Below are positions 58,592 to 64,000 of a stretch of DNA of 64,000 nucleotides, in pieces. The notes under the pieces are model-generated. The model saw only the letters and a program-made list of their open reading frames with translations. It was not told the origin of the DNA and ran no database searches. A program made the position numbers and the translations under genes. Source of the stretch: Deltaproteobacteria bacterium (GTDB lineage: Bacteria > UBA10199 > JACPAL01 > JAHFST01); NCBI GenBank assembly GCA_023265625.1, contig JAHFST010000003.1:168482-232481 (forward strand), written 5' to 3'. Positions within the stretch are counted from its first letter, which is position 1. Each line of letters opens with the position of its first letter.

Positions 58592-61132
58592 TTAGGGGTG
58601 AATCAAAGACAAGACGGCTTGATCCAGACGGAGGTACTTTTTGGCGACGCGGAGGATGTCCTCCCGGGTGATTTTGCCTATGGTTTGGGGGTAATGCTGG
58701 AGGTCGAGGGGGAGTCCAAAGATGCCGCTGTGCGTCAAAGAGCCGGCCACAGCGCTGTTTTTTTGCAGGTCGAGGAGGTAGCTCCCCGTCAGGTAGCGCT
58801 TGGCGCGATCGACCTCTTCATCCGAGATTTGTTCCTTGATCTTGGTCAGCTCGAGTTTGATCCCTTCCAGGGAGGTGTTGAGCTTTTCCGGGTCCATGCC
58901 CATGTAGACCATAAAGAAACCGGGCTCGATCCCTTCTTGATGCGAAGAGCTCACCGTGTAGCATAAGCCTTGCTTATCGCGCAGCTCCATGAAGAGCCGC
59001 CCGCCCATGCCGGAGAGAATGCCGTTCAAGACATCCAAGGCGAATCGATCCGGGTTTTTCAGCGTAGTTCCTAGAAATCCTAACACCACGTGGGCCTGAA
59101 ATTTCTTTCTTTTCAAGTGAACGGTGATTGGTGACTGAGGGGCGACAGGAGCGCGCAAGAGGGGGAGACGGAGTCGGCCTGGGACTCGCCATTTACCCAG
59201 CTTTTCTTTCATGCGCTCTCGAATATCCTGGACCGAAAAGTCACCTACCAAGGTGATGACCAGATTATCGGGGCGCACGATGCCATGATAATAGTTGACC
59301 ATGGCTTTACGGGTCAGTTTTTTGACAGAGGGAATGGTCCCCAGTAGGGAGCGCCCGTAGGGGTGTTTGCCATACAGGCTTTGCAAAAATTGTTTCATGG
59401 CCACCGTGGTGAGCGAATCTTGTTCATTACGAATGGCGGTAAAGGTGTGGCGTTTTTCTTTTTCGATCTCTTCCTCGGGAAAGGAGGGAAAGCGCAGCAG
59501 GTCGCAGAAGATGTCGAGTCCCTCGGTGATATGTTCGGAGAGAAAGGATCCGGTAAGACCAATCAGGTTTTTACCCGCGTAACTATCCATGTGGCCATCC
59601 AGATTTTCAACTTCTTCCGCGAGTTCCCGCGCCGTGCGATGGTTTGTCCCTTTGTTTTGCACTAAGGCCGTCAGGTGAACTAGGCCGTTTTGTTCTGGAG
59701 TTTCGACTCTTAATCCCCCGAGTGAGGCGCTGCGAATTGAGATGAGGGGCAGGGCACGGTTCTCCTGTAGGATTAGCCGGATCCCATTGGGGAGTATTAA
59801 TTTGACTGGTTCATTGGCCTTGATCGGTTTGCCAAGAGCTTTTTGAGGGGGTAGTTTTCGTAAAATTTCGACAATTCGTTCTGGCGATAGTTTTTCCCCC
59901 TGCGGATGAACAAACGACAAGGTGAGTTTCTCTGGCCGAAAGTACTTTTGCGCCATCCGGGTGATATCCTCCGCGGTGACCGCACTCAGGCGTTGATAAT
60001 AAATCTCTTCAAAACTCAGCCCCCCCGTGGTGCCTTCAAAAAAACCAAGTTTACGCGCCATTCCCTCCACGGTCTGTTTTTCGTAGATGCGGCCACTGCG
60101 GATGGCGTTCTTGGCTCGAGCCACTTCGACCGTGGCCGGGGGCTGGTCCTGCAATTTTTCGACTTCCTCCCAAACGGCTTTAACGGTTTTTTCCAACAGG
60201 TTATTTTTTAGCACCGCCCTCACGACCAATAATCCCGGGTCTTTGGGGGTATAGGCATAGGAGCCGATGACGGAGACGAGTCCCTTCTTTTCCTTCAACG
60301 CCTGTTCCAAGCGTGAACTGGATCCACCTCCCAGGAGATGTGCGAGCACGTCTAGCATGGGCACGTCGGGGTGAGTCACTTCCGGAACGGGGAGGGCTAG
60401 GTCAAAATAATAACCTTCAATCGGCATACCCCGGGTGATGGCCCGTGGTTTTCCTTGGGGCGGTTCCGGCGGGATCACCACAACGGGTGGTTTTCCGGCT
60501 GGGATTTTTGCAAACAGCCGGTCGATCTCGGGGAAAATTTTCTCGATGTCAAAATCCCCGACCCCGATAAAGATCAGATTGGAACCAACATACCATTGTC
60601 GATAAAAATTCAGCAGGGTGTCACGCGAAATGGCCCGGACCGTGTTGCGATCACCGGCAATGGGGCGGCCATAGGTATGGGTGGTAAAGGCCGTGGCAAA
60701 GAGGTCTTCGCTGGACATTTGACTGGGGGAATCTTCGGCCCGGGAGATTTCCTCGACCACCACTTCCTTTTCACGGGCCAGTTCTGCGGCGTCGAAGGCG
60801 GGATCAAGGGCGGAGTCGGCCAAGATATCCAGCCCCGTGGCATAGTTTTGACTGGGCATCTGGAGGTAGAATACCGTCTCATCAAAGCTGGTATAGGCGT
60901 TAATGTCACCCCCGGCCGCCTCCACCTCTTGGGAGATCTGTCCCACCGGACGCTTCCCGGTTCCCTTAAAAATCATGTGTTCAATTAAGTGGCAAATTCC
61001 CGCCAACTCCTTGGTTTCTTGAGCACTTCCGATTTTAGCCCAAAGATGGAACGAGACGACCGGTGAGGCGTGATTTTCTTGCAAGAGAACGGTGAGGCCG
61101 TTGGAGAGGATTTTTTTGCAGGGTTCCGCCAT
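58592..61132 (-). CDS. M16 family zinc metallopeptidase (tandem pitrilysin-like halves)
   Basis: Inverted zinc motif HLIEHM (HxxEH); two repeated M16 domain pairs; 846 aa. Confidence 0.85.
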   Translation of the reverse strand: MAEPCKKILSNGLTVLLQENHASPVVSFHLWAKIGSAQETKELAGICHLIEHMIFKGTGKRPVGQISQEVEAAGGDINAYTSFDETVFYLQMPSQNYATGLDILADSALDPAFDAAELAREKEVVVEEISRAEDSPSQMSSEDLFATAFTTHTYGRPIAGDRNTVRAISRDTLLNFYRQWYVGSNLIFIGVGDFDIEKIFPEIDRLFAKIPAGKPPVVVIPPEPPQGKPRAITRGMPIEGYYFDLALPVPEVTHPDVPMLDVLAHLLGGGSSSRLEQALKEKKGLVSVIGSYAYTPKDPGLLVVRAVLKNNLLEKTVKAVWEEVEKLQDQPPATVEVARAKNAIRSGRIYEKQTVEGMARKLGFFEGTTGGLSFEEIYYQRLSAVTAEDITRMAQKYFRPEKLTLSFVHPQGEKLSPERIVEILRKLPPQKALGKPIKANEPVKLILPNGIRLILQENRALPLISIRSASLGGLRVETPEQNGLVHLTALVQNKGTNHRTARELAEEVENLDGHMDSYAGKNLIGLTGSFLSEHITEGLDIFCDLLRFPSFPEEEIEKEKRHTFTAIRNEQDSLTTVAMKQFLQSLYGKHPYGRSLLGTIPSVKKLTRKAMVNYYHGIVRPDNLVITLVGDFSVQDIRERMKEKLGKWRVPGRLRLPLLRAPVAPQSPITVHLKRKKFQAHVVLGFLGTTLKNPDRFALDVLNGILSGMGGRLFMELRDKQGLCYTVSSSHQEGIEPGFFMVYMGMDPEKLNTSLEGIKLELTKIKEQISDEEVDRAKRYLTGSYLLDLQKNSAVAGSLTHSGIFGLPLDLQHYPQTIGKITREDILRVAKKYLRLDQAVLSLIHP

Positions 61133-61246
61133 GAAATTTCACCACTAGTCGACTCATGTGGAAAAAGCAACTTTAAAAAAATATCACCTAAGTATATAGA
61201 AAAATTTAAAGTATTAATAAGTACCATTTTTTATTATCAAAAAATG

Positions 61247-61274
61247 TTGACAGAAATAAGGATCGGCGTAGAGT
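61247..61274 (+). promoter_or_regulatory. Sigma-70-like promoter TTGACA-N16-TAGAGT upstream of the lipoprotein gene
   Basis: Good -35 and acceptable -10 in an AT-rich leader 165 nt upstream of the ATG at 61438. Confidence 0.3.
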
Positions 61275-61437
61275 CAAATTCCGTTTCGCTGAGCGGTTCT
61301 CGTTCGGGTTTTTAGTTCCTTCACATACTGTATCATTCTGATAGGTCGTAAATAGTACGCAACTTAAGCCTGGCTGGTAGCGATAAGGTGGCTGTGCGGT
61401 CTATTTGTCAACGGCTTTTCAATCATGAGGTGATACC

Positions 61438-64000
61438 ATGCGTTTAACATCATTAAAGTATCTGTGGTTGTCGACAGTCTTAGCGCTGTTGCCGCTGGTT
61501 CAGACCGCTTGTGGGGAGGCTACGGGTGAGACGACGACCCCTGATGTGGTGGATGTCGCTCCAGACAATGGCAGCCAAGATAATGTTGCAGACAGTAATG
61601 TCTCAGAGGACGCCCCCGCCGCCTTGAATTTCTGGTGGTATTTTTGCAAGGGAGTTAAGGTTTCCGATAATAATTACTGTACCAGGGATACTTGCAGTCT
61701 TGGTGTGGTGGTGCATACCCCCATTGTCCCTAAGAGTGATAACAATGCCTGTACGGTTGATGCCTGCAATCCTGCCACCGGTAAGACCCTCTATACAGCG
61801 GTAGCCGTGCAAGATGATAACAACAGTTGTACGACGGATGTGTGCAATACCACGACGGGACAGACGGATCACCTCCTGACCGGTTCTGGCCAGATGAACG
61901 CTTGCGGAGGGTGTGGGAGTCTCGATCATCAACCCAATGAGGCCTGTACGTCCGGTTCCGGGCAATGCCAGGGAACTGGTGTTTATCAGTGTTCCGGTCA
62001 GGATGCGGTGGTTTGCACGGCCCAGTCCAAGCCGGATGGCACTAAGATTGCCGATGATGGAAATGCCTGCACCAATGACTTGTGTACGGCAGGAGCTGAG
62101 ATCCATACTGCTCTGGCTAATGGGACTATCTGTGATGATGGCAACGTTTGTACTCAGGTAGATACCTGTCAAAGTGGCGCCTGTAGCGGAGGGAGTGCCA
62201 AAGTATGTACGGCCTATGATCAATGTCACGATGTCGGGACTTGCAATTCCAGTACTGGCGTTTGTTCCAATCCTGTCAAGACCGATGGGACCGTGTGTGC
62301 CGATGGGAATGCCTGCACGACGGGGGATCATTGTCAGGCGGGTGTTTGCACAGCTTCGGCGACGGGGACAACCAACACCTGTGGCGGATGTAGTACGCTG
62401 GCCCATCAACCGAATGAGGCCTGTACGGCCGGCTCGGGCCAATGCCAGGGCTCAGGAACTTATCAGTGTTCTGGGGCCGAGGCCGTTGTTTGCAATGCCC
62501 AGGCAAAGGTCAACGGGACTACTTGTAGCGATGGGAATGCCTGCACCCAAACGGATACGTGTCAGAGCGGGAGTTGTGCCGGGGGTAATCCCAAGGTATG
62601 TTCGGCCCTGGATCAATGTCATTCAGCGGGTACCTGCGCTGCGGCGACTGGGGTGTGTTCCAATCCTAATAAAACAGACGGCACAAGTTGTTCCGATGGG
62701 AACTCTTGTACCACGGGAGATCAGTGTGTGGCAGGAGCTTGCGCGGGAACCGGCAGTTGCAGTTCGGGAAGCAGCAAGCTGACGGCGGTTTGGGCCGGTG
62801 AGGGGGGCGATAAGGTCGCCCAGGAGGAATTGCGTGCCAGTCAGAGTCCTGCTTCGGTGATCAATTCCACTTGGGACGGATCCAAGATAAAGATCTTTGG
62901 CGCCAAGAACGAGGTGGTTAATTTCGACCTTGTTTTAGAAGCGGCGACGAGCGCTGCTAGCAGTGTCTCGGTCAGTTTGGGAGAGCTGGACGGACCCAGC
63001 GGTGCGGTGCTTCATTACAAGGCGGCCTCGGGCGATGCACTGTTCAATTGGGTGGGCCGTGAGATCGAGCTCTTTTATGTTCGTTACTTGGAGATCAAGG
63101 GTCTCTCCGCTTTTTGTTGCCAAAAAGATGATGAGCGTCAAATTCCAGAAAAACTGAGGCGGCCCTACGATTCGTACGGAATTGGCACCGGGACTTGGAC
63201 TGATCGGCCCGACCATAATAAACATTACCCCGACATTGCCGTACCTTTGGAACTTACCCCCACATTCAATGTCGCAGCCGCACAAAATCAGAGTGTTTGG
63301 GTCGATATCTATATCCCCACGGGAAGTCCCGCGGGGTTGTATACGGGGAATTTACTGGTGAAGGAGAATGGTACGACCACCAGGACTATCCCAGTGGAGC
63401 TGACGGTTCGGAACTTTGCCCTCCCGGATGAGCCGACGGCCAAGACGATGCTGTTCTTTGGTTATCCCTATGTCAACGAACGCTATTTCAGTGACCGTTA
63501 TCCCTATGCGACACAAGAGGTGGCCGACATGCATACGGTGCGCAACCGCCACTTCATGATGGCCCATCGGCATAAGATTTCACTGATCGACGCCGATTTG
63601 GACAACGACGTCTGGACCGCGGACCAGCCGCATCCCGAATGGTTGCCACGACTCAATGGCAGCCTGTTTACGGCTAACAATGGGTACGAGGGGCCGGGTA
63701 CCAATACGGGTAACAATATTTACTCGATTGGCACCTACGGATCTTGGGGATGGCAGAGTCAGGGAGAATCGGGCATGTGGCAGCATACGAACGGTTGGGC
63801 CAATTGGTTTGCGGCCAATGTCCCTGGTGCCGAATATTTTCTCTATCTGATTGATGAGAGTTCCAACTATGCTCAAACCGAGCAATGGGCTCGATGGATC
63901 AATGAAAACCCAGGTCCGGGTAAGAACGTCATGTCGATGGCGACCAACCGGATCATTGACGCCAAGGCCAATATGCCGAGTCTCGATATCCCCACATCGG
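61438..64000 (+). CDS. Large secreted lipoprotein with tandem Cys-rich DGN-x-C-T repeats and a C-terminal globular domain; 3' partial, runs off the window; absent from the supplied ORF track
   Basis: Translated by hand: MRLTSLKYLWLSTVLALLPLVQTACGE (lipobox), then at least 12 repeats such as DDGNACTNDLCTAGAE / DGNVCTQVDTCQSGAC / DGNACTTGDHCQAGVC, then ...WVGREIELFYVRY...; no stop before 64000. Confidence 0.7.
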   Translation, partial: MRLTSLKYLWLSTVLALLPLVQTACGEATGETTTPDVVDVAPDNGSQDNVADSNVSEDAPAALNFWWYFCKGVKVSDNNYCTRDTCSLGVVVHTPIVPKSDNNACTVDACNPATGKTLYTAVAVQDDNNSCTTDVCNTTTGQTDHLLTGSGQMNACGGCGSLDHQPNEACTSGSGQCQGTGVYQCSGQDAVVCTAQSKPDGTKIADDGNACTNDLCTAGAEIHTALANGTICDDGNVCTQVDTCQSGACSGGSAKVCTAYDQCHDVGTCNSSTGVCSNPVKTDGTVCADGNACTTGDHCQAGVCTASATGTTNTCGGCSTLAHQPNEACTAGSGQCQGSGTYQCSGAEAVVCNAQAKVNGTTCSDGNACTQTDTCQSGSCAGGNPKVCSALDQCHSAGTCAAATGVCSNPNKTDGTSCSDGNSCTTGDQCVAGACAGTGSCSSGSSKLTAVWAGEGGDKVAQEELRASQSPASVINSTWDGSKIKIFGAKNEVVNFDLVLEAATSAASSVSVSLGELDGPSGAVLHYKAASGDALFNWVGREIELFYVRYLEIKGLSAFCCQKDDERQIPEKLRRPYDSYGIGTGTWTDRPDHNKHYPDIAVPLELTPTFNVAAAQNQSVWVDIYIPTGSPAGLYTGNLLVKENGTTTRTIPVELTVRNFALPDEPTAKTMLFFGYPYVNERYFSDRYPYATQEVADMHTVRNRHFMMAHRHKISLIDADLDNDVWTADQPHPEWLPRLNGSLFTANNGYEGPGTNTGNNIYSIGTYGSWGWQSQGESGMWQHTNGWANWFAANVPGAEYFLYLIDESSNYAQTEQWARWINENPGPGKNVMSMATNRIIDAKANMPSLDIPTS

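Noticed and set aside
59355-59380. Weak REP-like sequence CGTAGGGGTGTTTGCCATACAGGC inside the M16 peptidase gene
   Set aside because: Only the GTAGGGG arm and part of the loop match. There is no right arm, so this is probably a chance resemblance.
61603-62782. Listed ORFs 61603..62442 (-) and 62174..62782 (+) with Pro/Gly/Arg-rich translations
   Set aside because: They are off-frame readings of the Cys-rich repeat region of the hand-translated lipoprotein gene starting at 61438. The repetitive GC-rich sequence yields long spurious ORFs.
1-64000. Search for rRNA, tRNA and CRISPR arrays
   Set aside because: No intergenic segment shows tRNA-like cloverleaf potential, rRNA-like conservation or a regular repeat-spacer array. 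The only tandem repeats found are the coding 21-bp repeats at 31573-31677.

Overview
This is a roughly 55% GC bacterial chromosomal window containing three kinds of region.

(1) Positions 1-3500 hold a flagellar-type type III export cluster (fliM-fliN-fliO-fliP-fliQ-fliR). The window starts inside fliM. fliR is followed directly by an ArnT-like GT-C glycosyltransferase gene rather than flhB.

(2) Positions 7.7-37.9 kb are an accessory island of largely unrecognisable genes, organised into modules.
- Eight modules are preceded by the same sigma-28-like promoter motif (CGCAACA-N16-CCGATAAT).
- The island encodes four paralogous proteins sharing an N-terminal heptapeptide M-[ED]-[FL]-[WY]-G-[FY]-E.
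- It encodes two SycD/LcrH-like TPR chaperones.
- A two-gene cassette is duplicated: a ClpB-NBD1-like AAA+ protein with a conserved novel N-terminal domain, followed by a tail-anchored protein with a conserved ...HNPF[AS]DVLG[EK] C-terminus.
- Two DUF4143 ATPases and an XRE regulator sit behind a shared 33-41 bp palindromic operator.
- Four toxin-antitoxin-like pairs are present: two HEPN/MNT pairs, one DUF433/DUF5615 pair and one DUF4258/zf-YgiT pair.
This island is my candidate for a previously undescribed system: a sigma-28-type regulon of putative secretion substrates and chaperones coupled to the flagellar-type export apparatus.

(3) Positions 37.9-64 kb are a housekeeping region. It contains an FHA/sigma-54 activator, a Ser/Thr kinase with PEGA domains, yggT-proC-yggS, mlaEFD, prkA-yhbH-spoVR, NfeD/SPFH, a REP-associated tyrosine transposase (RAYT), an HD-GYP response regulator, an EndoIII-like glycosylase and an M16 peptidase. 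A large Cys-rich-repeat lipoprotein gene runs off the right edge and was missed by the ORF track.

Two REP families are scattered through the window: GTAGGGGC-N-GCCCCTAC and a CCCCCTCTTA/TAAGAGGGGG hairpin family. Several copies are inserted in-frame inside conserved genes (yggS and others) or supply the TAG stop codon of genes. A 173-bp MITE-like element with 22-bp terminal inverted repeats sits in-frame in the glycosyltransferase gene. No rRNA, tRNA or CRISPR was seen. All protein assignments rest on recalled family motifs, not on database searches.
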